Source: Octopus bimaculoides (Eukaryota). Taken from it: 64,000 bases of DNA. Positions 1 to 12,953 of the stretch are shown here, piece by piece (the first letter of the stretch is position 1; each line of letters starts with the position of its first letter). Where the stretch lies: NCBI RefSeq assembly GCF_001194135.2, contig NC_068995.1, positions 4,193,804 through 4,257,803 of the forward strand, in the 5' to 3' direction. A program made the translations under genes and the position numbers. A model generated the notes under the pieces. That model had not been told where the DNA came from and did no database searches. It saw only the letters and a program-made list of their open reading frames with translations.

Positions 1-1017
1 AACCAACTGTTTCTGAAGAAATCCTCTCAGACAGCCCAAAACCCCGTACAAAAAATATTAGAGAAACGCGAAAAGAATACGAATACAAATAGAATAGATT
101 CAACTGATTAAAGTTGGCGGATTCAATACATCGATAATCAATCAATTGCAGGTCTTTTTGTCTCTCCAGTGGTTAAGTTCATATTTTAGCGGCTCATTAA
201 TTTCCAATACCTTTTGCATCGAATCCATTTGACTCTAACAGAAGAATCGTCCGATTGTGTAAAAGAGAGAACGCTACAGATGACAATGGCGTAGACATAT
301 AATAGGAATGGCTGTTCAGTTTGTTTTACCGAGCGAAAACTTATCTTTCTGTCTCGTTGCTGTTGTGTGGTGGGACGACGACTCTGTCCTTACCTTGTGT
401 GGTAATTGTGTGACTGTGTGCGTGTATGCGACTGTGTATGTGACTGTGTGTGTGTGTGTGTGCGTGATTGTGTGCGTGGGTGTGTGTGTGCGTGATTATG
501 TGTGTGTATGAGTGTGTGTGTTTGTGTGTCTGTGGCTGGTTTTTGTCATCGCTAGTAGCCATTATTGTCGTTGGTTGTCGCCGTTCTCATCTTCAATCAT
601 CCCCCTCCGATTTCCGATTACATTTCGTGTAAAGACAAAGAACGATGGATTAAGAGAAAGAAAGAAAGAAAGGAGGGAAGGAAGGAAGGAAGGAAGGAAG
701 GAAGGAACAAAGGAGAAAGAAAGAAAAGAAATTAGAACGGGTGCATGAAAGAAAACGGGCGGGAAATAATAGTTATCGTTTTGAATGCGTAATAATAATA
801 ATAATAATAATAATACTGATGATATTAATAATAATGATAATAATAACAATAATAATAATAGTAATATCAATCATGCTACGATAAAACTAGAATTTTACTC
901 ATGATTAGATCGAAACATTGAACTGGTTTAGCATATTAAACGCTGAAGATCCTTTGTCATTTCGAAAGAAAAGGAATCATATATAATTATATATATATAC
1001 GTACATGTGTGTTTGTT

Positions 1018-1152
<135 letters not shown>

Positions 1153-1458
1153 CAAATAGACATTCATATAAGGGTAAAGAATGGCTAGAAGTACGGGCTG
1201 GAAGATGGAAGAAGTCTTGTGTAATAAAACTACTTGCAAAGCCCATTATGTAACAACGGCTACCAAGATGGCCCTGTTTGAAAGATATGTTTTCCTTTGT
1301 AGCAATTACATCTTGAATGTTGCCTAGAACAATGGCAATGTTTGAAGAGAACAATGTTACAATAAAAGCTATTGAATCACGAAAATACGGTTTTTAAATG
1401 ATGCAATGAATAGGGCGTAACGATAACCAGTTTTTAACAATATCTGTGGGAGAATAGG

Positions 1459-1512
<54 letters not shown>

Positions 1513-2779
1513 GAATCGTAATAAACGGACAATGACAGCAAGAATAATAATGGGTTGGTTATTGGTACAAAAGAAGGAAACTTCGAGTCACTCGCCAAAT
1601 TGAAGTTAGAAGTCTAGAGATTTATTGTTTCGTCCAACCTTGATCTCAAAGGCTGTCGCACCTAACTGCTCGAGTCTTTCATAATGTATTGTCCGCACAA
1701 CAATAGAACAATGGAATTGACAATTTACTACGGCTTATACAAATACCACTATTGCTGCTGTGAATATTTTGCGATCAGTAACTGCATCCATGTTGCATAT
1801 GTTGTATGTTTTAAAATTAAGTTCAGAATATTGTTTTGCTTCTCAACTCAGAAATGGAGGTGTAACTGGTAACGATCTAAGACAAATTAGAATAAACGGC
1901 GTCCTCGGCCGGATTTGAGACTGGGAACGTAGTTGAATGATTTAACTAAAGGATTATGACACTAGCGGTCACCTACCTGTCTATGCATGGGTCACAAGAC
2001 TTCTTATAACCATTTTACTTCATTATATTCCGTTTTTGTTTCAACTGACGAGACACAACATGCTGAAACACCGGTATCCAAGAATCTCATGCGCCCATGA
2101 ACCCAATGTGTTATGAACATGTACTCGTCGTGAAAAGAGTTGTTTTCCTGCGTTGCACTCAACAGAGTCTAGCATATTTACGTTTTAATATACCGGAATT
2201 TATTTACAATAAATATACAAGTCAAAGTTTCTACACCTTAAGAAATACATATTTTATTATCACTGTAAATATCCCCGTTTCATTTTGACGCATTGTACAA
2301 CAGATTCCATTTAATATTTACTTAAAACATATAGAACTGCTTCCACTCGTTTTAGAATATCCTTTAGTTGGAAAACTGGCAGATATCACTCCGGCTTTCC
2401 GTACTCTAAGTTCAAATCTCCATGCAGTCAACTTTAAATTTTATCATTTCGTAGGCTATATATACCAGTCTTGTACAGGGCTCCATTCTTTCTTTATCTT
2501 TTTCTTCGCTTTTTTTCCCTTTCTTTCTTCTAGAAGAGTCAACTGTGAATGTGGTCAAACCTACTGAGAGGTGAATGCCACCAGCTGTAAAATATGCTTG
2601 TCGCGATCGAGTATGCCTTGGTAGCATGTGCGATGCTTAAATGGCTATCAAGTCTTGAGCAGACATAGACACACGACATTCTCGGCCCTTCACTACTTGG
2701 CCCAGGAGGGTATCTATTATGCGAAAGCCAGAGGGAGATAGAGAGAGGATCGAATCAGCTACGGGCTGGTATATATTTA

Positions 2780-2905
2780 CGGCCGAGCAGACTAGAGTAA
2801 CCTGGAATTAAGTGCCTTGCTGAAGGTTGGAACGTCTTGCGACTTGTCTGGAAGTTGAGCACAAAATTTAGGATTAGGAGCCGAACAATTTAACCACTGG
2901 GCAAC
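2780..2905 (-). mobile_element. SINE family C, degenerate head
   Basis: TAAGTGCCTTGCTGAAGG...GAGCCGAACAATTTAACCACTGGGC resembles the copies at 30598-30890 and 58325-58476. Confidence 0.5.
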
Positions 2906-3627
2906 ACTTAGTAAGGACTCAACAACAACAACAGCAAAAACAACAATAGCAATAACACCAACAATAACAAGGACAACCTAACTGCCACACATTCAGAAAT
3001 CTGCCCAGCATCTCCTCACTGCATCTGTACCACTACATCATCATACTACTCGCTTGGTACATCTCACAAGCGTTTCACCAGGTTCACACACATACCATTC
3101 TCAACACTGCAACAAGTAAAAATCCCCGCAAATTCACAACACTGCAAAACTCCTTAACGCTACGCCATCGAAGCCAAGGGAATCAATACTACGCCGCCAC
3201 CATCGCCACCATCGCCACCATCGCCACCACCGCCACCACCACCACCACCGCCACCACTACGCCTCCAATCCACTTCTCTTGCCATTGTCATCGAAAGGCG
3301 ATTATCAAAGACCGAATAATTATATAAAACTGTATTATGTTGGTGAAGAATAGGCAAATCTGCCGACAACCATTTGTAGAGCGGGAGAAAGAGAGAGAGA
3401 TAGAGAGAGAGAGAAAGAGGGAGGAAGAGAGAGAGAGAGAGAGGGAGATCGTGTGTGTAATGGAGAGAGGGAGTTGGAGAGAGTGACATCTGAAGGGACA
3501 GAATTGAAAACAGTGTATAAGTGGAAGTGACAGTGAGAGGGGGGAGAAGAGAAAGACAGAGGGAGAAAACGGGATACATACGGAGACAGAGGTAGAAAGA
3601 TGACAGAGGAAGGCATATATGTATGTG

Positions 3628-3663
<36 letters not shown>

Positions 3664-3753
3664 CAGATAGATAGATAGAACGATAGATAGTCAGAAACTT
3701 AGCTTGTAAGACAAAGCTGAAACAATGTAGAGGAAGAAAAAGAAAGAGAGAGA

Positions 3754-3825
<72 letters not shown>

Positions 3826-4344
3826 GGCAAGATTAAGTCATGCATATTCTAAACAACGTAGTTTTTAACCCGTCCGAAGCTGATTGTTATTTTTAAAGCA
3901 ATTATCAGCTTTCACAGGCACACGCACGAACATACAGACACATACAAAATATTCACACACACACGCATGCATGTGTGTGTATGTATATATCTATGTATGC
4001 ATCTATTTAGGTAGGTATGTGCGCGTGTGTGTGTATATACATATGTATATGTATATATGTGTGTATGTATTGGAAACGCACCACTCTTGTAAGCGTTACT
4101 CCAAGACAATCTGATAACAGTCCCACAAGAATTAGTGTAGGTGTTATAAAAAGAGTGGTTGAGGAACAATACCAATTATATTCAAAAGAAATATCTGTAT
4201 TTATTTAATTTTTATGTTTTAAAAAATAATTTTTTTCCTGGCAAACATTATTGGAAGAAGATCAACGGATAATGGAATAATAATGTTTGTCTTCACTGTT
4301 GTTGTTATTGTTATTGTTATTATTATTATCATTGGCAAATCGAT

Positions 4345-4890
4345 GGTCTGGCTGAATTGTTAGGAAAACTGCTTAGCTGCATTTTTTTTCCCAACGCTTA
4401 ACGTTCTGAGCTCAAATTCCGCCGATGTCAATGTTGTTTTTCATTCTTTCGAGTTTAGTAAAATGAGCAACAGCTGAGCATTGAGATTGGTGAAGTCGAT
4501 TTACTTCCTCCCCCGAAAATTGCTGGCCTTATGCCAAAGTCTTCAATCAATACTTCGGGTGGCGAGCTGGTAGAACCGTTACCGCCCCGGACAAAATGCT
4601 TAGCGGCATTTCTTCTGTCTTTACGTTCTAAGTTCAAATTCTACCAAGGTGACTGCTTTTTATTCTTTCAGGGTCGATCACATAAATACCAGTTGAGTTT
4701 TGGGGTCAATGTAATCGACTTATACCCTTTCCCAAAATTGCTAAAATTTTAAATCAATCTTTAGGGCAGCGAGCTGGCAAAATCGTTACTGACATTAGGC
4801 ACTAAATTTAAATGCTGTCGGGGTTGAGTACGCCTTTCATCGTATGGGGGGTCGATTAAATGGTACTAATTGAGCACTGGGGGCCGAAAG
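4345..4890 (+). mobile_element. SINE family B, head-to-tail trimer
   Basis: Units start near 4345, 4557 and 4764 (GGG.GGCGAGCTGG.AGAA..GTTA; B box AGTTCAAATTC; TTTCATTCTTT..GGGTCGA; tail AAT(T)TT.AATCAAT). Confidence 0.8.
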
Positions 4891-5651
4891 AAGAACAATA
4901 AATCTAACCTCTTCTGTTGGAACTTGAAACCACAGCCCAAACGTAAACACTTTCAATTAAGTAACATGAAATACTGTAATTCAGTTCTTTATCGATTTTG
5001 CTGTTCATCAAGTCTTTTCTTCTAATTAAGTTCTATTGGTTTCAAATTTTAGTACAATGTCAGCATTTTCGAGGGAGGGGGTAAGTCGATTACAATAATG
5101 ATGTGAAATATCTACCAAAAGACAAAGACGAAAAAAAAATAGAATTCGTATTTTCTGCAAGTCACGTTGTTTTAATAAACTTGAGAGATCACAACAAAGG
5201 AATAGTTTTATAGAAAAGTTAGGTTGATATGTAAAACTGCTTTCTACAGTTAAGCGTAGTAAAATGTTCAACGTATCTGATTTCAGCTGTGAAATGAATA
5301 AGAAATGACCCTTGTTGTTCTGATAACCAAACATGTATCGTAAAACGGCGAAATAAGAAGAAAGCTCAAATTTTGGCAGCAGAAGATCAAATCATCTCAA
5401 TGAAATAATGACAAACTTCACAAGTAATCAATTAATTAAAAAGTTCGTTAATCCAGTCAATCGTTGGCTGATCGATACCTTATCAAACTGAAACAACAAA
5501 AGGACGGACGAAATAATTATTACACCAGGCCAAATGCATCAGTTTCTGCGTTAATTTGATCTTAGCTAGGATCTAGGATCAAACAGAGCCAGCGTTTTGT
5601 TCATCAGCATTATTTTTCAATCGACCATCTTTGGTTTCATACCGTTTCATT

Positions 5652-5703
<52 letters not shown>

Positions 5704-5733
5704 GCTACTGCTGCTGCTGCTGCTGCTGCTGCT
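5652..5733. repeat. Compound (CTA)n(CTG)n microsatellite
   Basis: Directly visible. Confidence 0.97.
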
Positions 5734-5875
5734 CATACAGGAAGCTCGAACGGCACAAAGTTTGAACGAACGATTAACACAGGATGTACTAGAAAACACG
5801 GTTGTTTTAGTAACGAAACGGAGAAAATATATTATCAACATATGCTTATGATTTTAAACACGTCATTTGAAAAAG

Positions 5876-5877
<2 letters not shown>

Positions 5878-5918
<41 letters not shown>

Positions 5919-5940
5919 TGTGTATAGTTAGTTAGTTAGT

Positions 5941-5980
<40 letters not shown>

Positions 5981-6001
5981 GAGATAGATAGATAGATAGA
6001 G

Positions 6002-6048
<47 letters not shown>

Positions 6049-6090
6049 GAGAGAGATAGATAGATAGATAGATAGATAGAGAGAGAGATA
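5878..6090. repeat. Compound (TG)n / (GTTA)n / (GATA)n / (GA)n microsatellite
   Basis: Directly visible. Confidence 0.95.
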
Positions 6091-6462
6091 TACACGAGTG
6101 AGTGAACAAACGAAAGAAGGGCACTCAACAAATTCATTGGGAGTTACATGTATGGATCAAAACAGTCTGATTCAAATTCGTTGGTACTCCGAGTTTCAAG
6201 CGTGATGCTAATCTTTTGCCATATTTTTTCTTTTTTCTTTTTTTTTCTTTTCAAAGTTTCAGCTCAGAGCTGCGGCCATGCTGATGCACATATGTATATA
6301 TGCATACGTATAAATGTATTATGAGTAGATGTTGATTGAATAGAAAGACAATGTGCAGATGCTGTCTGTCAAAAAAGTTGTACTTCGAGGTATTTAAGTT
6401 ACTAAAGTATTAATCAACTTATTTTAATTAATTCTCTTCATATGATATTTTATCGTCAGTAT

Positions 6463-6930
6463 ATCAAAATGCTGGAACGTTTCCATCAACAAAAGTTCAA
6501 CGCCATCTTAAACAACATATGGAAGGATTACATAACCAATAAAACGTCCGCAGTCCAACTTTAGAATTAACCATGATTAGATACGAGTTATGAACCATGA
6601 TGGCTGGGTCATGCGTGTAAAATAGGAAAAGAGAGATTTCCAGGTCAAATCCATTTTAGCGAATAAACCACTAGAAAAAGTTCACGAGACTATTCTTTTC
6701 GACGTTACAAAAACAAAAAAGCTATGTTCAAATTTCAAAATGGCTAAAATTAAGGACAAAAGCGAAGAAAAGAAAATCAAAACTCGTTCCAGCTGACGTG
6801 ATTTTTTCATTAGAGGCACTGAATTTCTTGACGTAAACAAACCACAGCGGTTATGAAAAATTTCCTTATTCTGTATAGCAGCCTATTTGGAGCGAGAACT
6901 GGACTCCTCAGTAATCAACGCCGCAGCTAT
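6463..6930 (+). mobile_element. Decayed RTE-clade (BovB-like) non-LTR retrotransposon, 3' part of the ORF
   Basis: Manual translation across frameshifts and stops gives IKMLERFHQQKFNAILNNIWKDYITNK ... *WLGHACKIGKERFPGQIHFSE ... RSS*RDFFIRG ... SLFGARTGLLSNQRR. This follows the usual RTE C-terminal order (LERFHQRCLR..W.D.ITN / RWLGHV.RM / R..WR / R.GL.SH.R). Confidence 0.75.
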
Positions 6931-7992
6931 CGACATGGAGGGACCACTCAGTCAAGAGGAACTGAAATTATCCTGGTTTCGTTACGCTCCAGCAAATTAG
7001 CTGTTCTGCAAAAGAGACCGATGGAATAAGTACCCGGCTTTTGATAAATAAATACTGTCGTCGATCTGTTCGATTGATTCCCTTCAAGATGGTGCCCTCA
7101 AATGGTCAAAGTCCAATTTACTGAAATAAAAGTGTGTGTATCTCTCTCTCTCTCTCTCTCTCTCTNNNNNNNNNNNNNNNNNNNNNNNNNNNNNNNNNNN
7201 NNNNNNNNNNNNNNNNNNNNNNNNNNNNNNNNNNNNNNNNNNNNNNNNNNNNNNNNNNNNNNNNNNNNNNNNNNNNNNNNNNNNNNNNNNNNNNNNNNNN
7301 NNNNNNNNNNNNNNNNNNNNNNNNNNNNNNNNNNNNNNNNNNNNNNNNNNNNNNNNNNNNNNNNNNNNNNNNNNNNNNNNNNNNNNNNNNNNNNNNNNNN
7401 NNNNNNNNNNNNNNNNNNNNNNNNNNNNNNNNNNNNNNNNNNNNNNNNNNNNNNNNNNNNNNNNNNNNNNNNNNNNNNNNNNNNNNNNNNNNNNNNNNNN
7501 NNNNNNNNNNNNNNNNNNNNNNNNNNNNNNNNNNNNNNNNNNNNNNNNNNNNNNNNNNNNNNNNNNNNNNNNNNNNNNNNNNNNNNNNNNNNNNNNNNNN
7601 NNNNNNNNNNNNNNNNNNNNNNNNNNNNNNNNNNNNNNNNNNNNNNNNNNNNNNNNNNNNNNNNNNNNNNNNNNNNNNNNNNNNNNNNNNNNNNNNNNNN
7701 NNNNNNNNNNNNNNNNNNNNNNNNNNNNNNNNNNNNNNNNNNNNNNNNNNNNNNNNNNNNNNNNNNNNNNNNNNNNNNNNNNNNNNNNNNNNNNNNNNNN
7801 NNNNNNNNNNNNNNNNNNNNNNNNNNNNNNNNNNNNNNNNNNNNNNNNNNNNNNNNNNNNNNNNNNNNNNNNNNNNNNNNNNNNNNNNNNNNNNNNNNNN
7901 NNNNNNNNNNNNNNNNNNNNNNNNNNNNNNNNNNNNNNNNNNNNNNNNNNNNNNNNNNNNNNNNNNNNNNNNNNNNNNNNNNNNNNNNNNNN

Positions 7993-8132
7993 ATGTGCTG
8001 TGGTTTGCTGTGGTGCTCTTATGTTTACTGTATTGAAAGTGTTTTGCGTAGAATGTGTGCAGTACCCAATAGTGCAATTTTCTGTATGGTATATATATTT
8101 GTAAGTCCTGGTGTTTTTGTTATGTATTTGTC

Positions 8133-8135
<3 letters not shown>
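7993..8135 (-). mobile_element. 5'-truncated R4/Dong-like (RLE) non-LTR retrotransposon fragment next to (TAA)n
   Basis: The minus strand encodes KYITKTPGLTNIYTIQKIALLGTAHILRKTLSIQ*, matching the QK.ALLGTA.ILRK C-terminus of R4/Dong-type elements. It begins directly at an (ATT)n tract (8134-8198) and its 3' end runs into the N gap. Confidence 0.75.
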
Positions 8136-8198
<63 letters not shown>

Positions 8199-8369
8199 AT
8201 CTGTTACGTTTTTACCTTGCACAACGAACTTTTAATGCATAATGCGCGCCTCGGCTTGTTTGTGTAACGCTGTTTTTTGAAAACATGTTATGTATGTTTG
8301 GGTACTAATGGCCAAGAAGGAAATAATAATTATCGCTAGTCTATGTATACTTTGAACCTTGTATTCTTC

Positions 8370-8752
8370 TATTTTCCTTTTCTTTTTGTCAGTTGTTGAA
8401 TCCAGGCCATGCTGGGGCAACGTCTTGAGTTGTTCAGTCAACCAAACAGAACCGAGTATTTATTTTAAAGTATGTTACTTGTAAAAACAGTCGAGCTATT
8501 CTGTTAACATTTTGGTGATTTAGTGACGTAAACAAACCTATAGCAGTCATCAAACTTTGAGAGACACACGCACGTTTAAACGCACGCGCACCCACACACA
8601 CATTGGGAGATGTTAACCAAATCCACTCAACTCACAAGGTTTTGGTCGGCCCGGGGTTTATTGAAAACACTTGGCCAAAAATTGCTCAGTGGGACTGAAC
8701 CAGACCATATATTTGGGAAGCAAGCTTCTTACCACAACGCCACGTCTGCGCC
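8370..8752 (-). mobile_element. SINE family A (tRNA head, CORE-like CCTTGGGCAAGTGTCTT segment, internal microsatellite, AAGAATAA tail), degenerate full-length copy
   Basis: It aligns by eye with the copies at 21631-22026 and 22698-23093. Octopus OR-type CORE-SINEs are the likely candidates (recall, unverified). Confidence 0.75.
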
Positions 8753-9079
8753 TAAATAAATGTAAATAAGTACACAACGCGTGATATTCGCACACAAATA
8801 CCTAGATACATACATGCATATACATACAGGCCTACATACATATCTACAGACACATACATACACATACCACACATACACATACCTATATAGACCAATGAAG
8901 ATATTAAAATCCTTCAGAAATTTCTCACTTTCTATGCATTGACTGATGTGATATCTAGAATAATAGATGTAAATATGTGTGTATATATATATGTAATATT
9001 CATAGAAATACACACATATAAATATATACTACGGTATATTTAAACGTGCGTGTGTATACATATATGATGTAGTTATGCA

Positions 9080-9125
<46 letters not shown>

Positions 9126-9817
9126 NNNNNNNNNNNNNNNNNNNNNNNNNNNNNNNNNNNNNNNNNNNNNNNNNNNNNNNNNNNNNNNNNNNNNNNNNNN
9201 NNNNNNNNNNNNNNNNNNNNNNNNNNNNNNNNNNNNNNNNNNNNNNNNNNNNNNNNNNNNNNNNNNNNNNNNNNNNNNNNNNNNNNNNNNNNNNNNNNNN
9301 NNNNNNNNNNNNNNNNNNNNNNNNNNNNNNNNNNNNNNNNNNNNNNNNNNNNNNNNNNNNNNNNNNNNNNNNNNNNNNNNNNNNNNNNNNNNNNNNNNNN
9401 NNNNNNNNNNNNNNNNNNNNNNNNNNNNNNNNNNNNNNNNNNNNNNNNNNNNNNNNNNNNNNNNNNNNNNNNNNNNNNNNNNNNNNNNNNNNNNNNNNNN
9501 NNNNNNNNNNNNNNNNNNNNNNNNNNNNNNNNNNNNNNNNNNNNNNNNNNNNNNNNNNNNNNNNNNNNNNNNNNNNNNNNNNNNNNNNNNNNNNNNNNNN
9601 NNNNNNNNNNNNNNNNNNNNNNNNNNNNNNNNNNNNNNNNNNNNNNNNNNNNNNNNNNNNNNNNNNNNNNNNNNNNNNNNNNNNNNNNNNNNNNNNNNNN
9701 NNNNNNNNNNNNNNNNNNNNNNNNNNNNNNNNNNNNNNNNNNNNNNNNNNNNNNNNNNNNNNNNNNNNNNNNNNNNNNNNNNNNNNNNNNNNNNNNNNNN
9801 NNNNNNNNNNNNNNNNN

Positions 9818-9856
<39 letters not shown>

Positions 9857-10489
9857 CAAATGTATATGTATGTATCTATATTTTACAACACATACATCAT
9901 CATATCTCGCTATCTGCAACTAATTTAGTAGCTGAGTGATCCAACCAGACTAATCGATTCCAGTATATTTATGAGGTGGACATTGATTTTGTTCTAAATG
10001 AAGGCAGTGAACGGTCAAAGTTGTCGGAGTCCCAGATTAATTAGTCTTTTGTTATTTAATACCGTTTCTCTAATCATCTCTCATTGAACTAATATTTCGT
10101 TTAACAAGCAACCGCCAGATTTGACCGAGATACCGTGTTGGGTGTATATTACGTGCTATCTTGCTGGTACTTGATATTAGGAATCGACAATTTAATTCCG
10201 GTGCCATTCCAATAAATAATACGAAGGATACAAGCAAGACGTTCCGGGTCCTCTCTTATCGTAGATTAAATTCTTAAAAAACAACAACCGACGAAGGTCA
10301 TCACTGCCTAGATAGGTGGCGCTTCGAACTGGTATTAGTGTTGTAACACCATTTTGTCTACAGCGAGACATTTTTTCTCCGTGACATAAGACAGTGAATG
10401 GCCTATTTACGAGTACAAACGTGCCATACGCATATTTGAACTGGTAATAACATAATGTTTTGCAATCTGTATTTCAATATAAATTGCTT

Positions 10490-10693
10490 AGAAAATCAGA
10501 GGCGAGACGGATACGGCTGGAATGCCTTTTAAAAAAAGTCTACCTCATCAATGTTGAGTTACGATTGCGCAAAAACAGCAACACCAGCATTGTTTTATTC
10601 TTGACTATTATCGAGATGGCTGAATCGTTAAAGCTTGCGAATGAAAAACATAATAATGTTTCGCAGCATTTGTTCTGGCTTAAATCCCGTTGA
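10490..10693 (+). mobile_element. Highly decayed RTE-like reverse-transcriptase C-terminal fragment
   Basis: The ORF text KSEARRIR...KKVYLINVELRLR...MAESLKL resembles the RTE pattern EIRRRI..A...K....I..ELRLR...YGAESW.L. The similarity was judged by eye only. Confidence 0.4.
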
Positions 10694-10820
10694 AGTTAAC
10701 TTTGCATTTGCTTTCCCGGGGTTCGATCTAATAAAGCGCCGGTGAACAACTTGGCTTGATAGTATCAACTGATCGTTTCTCCTCAAATTTGTCAACTTTA
10801 TACTTAAATAACATCCAAAA

Positions 10821-10991
10821 AGGTTGGCGAGCTGGCAGTAACAGAGAAAATATTTTACGGTAGTTAATTAATCTGGCTGTTTACGTCCTGAGTTCAAATC
10901 CTGCTGAGATCATCTGTGATTTCAAGCTTTTTCGAGTCAATCAAATAAAGCACCTAATACTGGAATCGGTAGTATCGACTAACCGCTTCTC
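10821..10991 (+). mobile_element. SINE family B, degenerate
   Basis: It reads GGTTGGCGAGCTGGCAG...CCTGAGTTCAAATCCTGCTGAG...ATCGACTAACC. Confidence 0.7.
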
Positions 10992-11109
10992 AAAGACAAA
11001 AATAAAATAAATAAAAGACAGGAATGTACACTAAGCAAGCAGATCGTCCTCTATAGCGAAGAAACCAAGGCCGGAGACTTCACTCCGTACTAAAGAGATG
11101 TGAATTTCA

Positions 11110-11410
11110 AAGTGGAGAGAATATCTGCTGAATTGCTTGAATGGTTTGCAGGAGGAGAACATAATTGAGGAGTAAAACATTTACGAAAAGGTAGGGTATA
11201 AAGGAGACTCGAAGAGTCGACTGTTGGTGGAAAGCAAGCGGCGGGAGGATATTGGCAACCCCACTAACCGACCTTTTCGAGAAACACAGTCCCTTATTAC
11301 ATGCGCTGAACTTGCAATGAACAATTTCAGGAATTGGACGGATTACAGGAGGAAATCGATGAGCAGAAATGCGGTCAGCTCTGATTTCGCTCCAGAGATT
11401 TTGCGTATGT
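11110..11410 (+). mobile_element. Highly decayed non-LTR reverse-transcriptase N-terminal fragment (RTE-like)
   Basis: Frames give ISAELLEWFAGGEH, KRREDIGNPTNRP and EIDEQKCGQL*FRSRD. These sit in the order of the RT motifs IPAELLK.GGE / KKGD..D..NYRP / EEQ.GFR.GR. Confidence 0.4.
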
Positions 11411-11717
11411 TTCTCTCTCTTTCTTTCTCTTTCTGTCTGTCTATTTCTCTCTCTTTTTGCATATTAAAAGTTATCTGTCATCTCTCTTATACAAGCATCT
11501 CATTATTTTGTATCATTTTAAAAATGGTAATGATATTTGATGGTTTAAGTAAGATACTTAAGCCATCAAATATCTTTGCCGCAACCATCGATTTCCATTC
11601 TAATATTTCTATCCGTCTTCCTATGTCTTGCACCCATTTTCTTATGTGCACATCGTATTTTGCTTTTCGGCAAAATATAAACGGGTATCATTTCTATTGT
11701 TGATGTTAGTATTCGAA

Positions 11718-11890
11718 GCAGTGCTTTGGCAGAGTCGATAGAGACGGGGAAAAATACCTTGCAGGATCTATTTCGATTCCTTACATTCCAGGTTCAAATT
11801 CTGCTGAGGTCGGGTTTGTCTTTCATTCTTTCGAGGTCGAGGAAATAAGTAGCAGTTGATCACTGGGGTCGATATAATCGACTTATCACC
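11718..11890 (+). mobile_element. SINE family B, degenerate
   Basis: It reads CAGGTTCAAATTCTGCTGAGGTCG...TTTCATTCTTTCGAGGTCGA...CACTGGGGTCGATATAATCGACTTA. Confidence 0.8.
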
Positions 11891-12339
11891 ACCACCACCA
11901 CCCGCTAAAAATAATAATGGGCCTAGGCGTAGTGCTTATAGATGTAGAAAGGTGCCCTCAAACAGTGCATCACGCTGGCTTCTTGTTTAAAATCTAGGCC
12001 ACTTGTAAGCTGACAAATTATGCATATAAGTTGCGGAAATATTGGAACGTAATATCTCGGTAATGCAGAGAATGAAATCGTATACAGGCACTTTTTATAC
12101 AAATAAATCTTTATACTGATATATTGCTAATCCATTAAACACTGACCAAAAAAAATCAAAATAATGATTATATTATGTGTTATAAAATGTATAAAATACT
12201 TTTTTCAGTTTTAAATATTATATTATTCTCCTTAGAATTCCCTTAGCAGTAAATAATATTTCAGTTATTAATTTATAGCAACTGAAAAGAACTTCAAATT
12301 ATGAAAAATTGAGATTTTATTTATTGGTTTTGCACTGGT

Positions 12340-12560
12340 CAGTTAGCTGAATAGAGTGTGTGGAAGAGGGCCTTCATGTACAAACTAATTGTCTTAGTGT
12401 TCAGGACACTTAGCTCTCTGGAAAGACCTCCTAAATACACCTGATTGTTGATAAATTGCGTAAAGGAAGGATTCTTTAACTTCCTCACTTCTGTCCTACG
12501 TTGCCGTTCTACTCCTTCGGTGAGTAATCCAGGAGATAGTTCGTTTCTCACCTGCTGCTC
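12340..12560 (-). mobile_element. Possible very old mariner transposase remnant
   Basis: NELSPGLLTEGVE...RKLKNP and ALFHTLYSAN*P loosely echo mariner ELLP.G.T...LRKL and VLPHPPYSPDLAP at plausible spacing. The match is weak. Confidence 0.3.
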
Positions 12561-12780
12561 AATGCAAAGAGAAGGGAGGATAAACTGCAAGTTATATGGA
12601 TCATCATAATTAGAAATGGGTTACCATTAAAATATTTTACTGAGCCAACTGCAGTTTTATCTCAACGTACGGATTTCCAGGATTGTGAAACTAAATTAAA
12701 TACCATTCACTAATGCTAGATTAATAAGGAATAATTCTTACTGTGAGAGGATGTAACATTATCAAAAGTGATTTTATATT

Positions 12781-12953
12781 CACAGTTCTATATTCAAGAG
12801 ATGAGGAATTATGTACATTATTTACATTATTTACAATTGACAGGTATTTGTCCTCATTTTGTTTGTTGTTAACACAAAGTTTCGGCTGAAAGGTTGTGTT
12901 AACAACAAACAAGATGAGGACAAATATCCGTCAATTGTAAATAATATAAATAA
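12781..12953. mobile_element. Fold-back insertion, probably a Penelope-like element terminal-repeat remnant
   Basis: Inverted arms 12816-12877 and 12894-12955 match at 58/62 with a 16-nt loop containing GTTTCGGC (GCCGAAAC on the minus strand). The direct repeat TGATTTTATATT flanks it at 12769-12780 and 12954-12965. Confidence 0.6.

Noticed and set aside
6868-6998. Apparent exon AYLERELDSSVINAAAIDMEGPLSQEELK after a TAG/CAG acceptor
   Set aside because: An alternative frame matches the RTE C-terminus and continues the upstream RTE remnant, which is the simpler explanation.
10313-10323. CTCF-like AGGTGGCGC
   Set aside because: Only the 3' half of the motif matches, which is too short to support a call.
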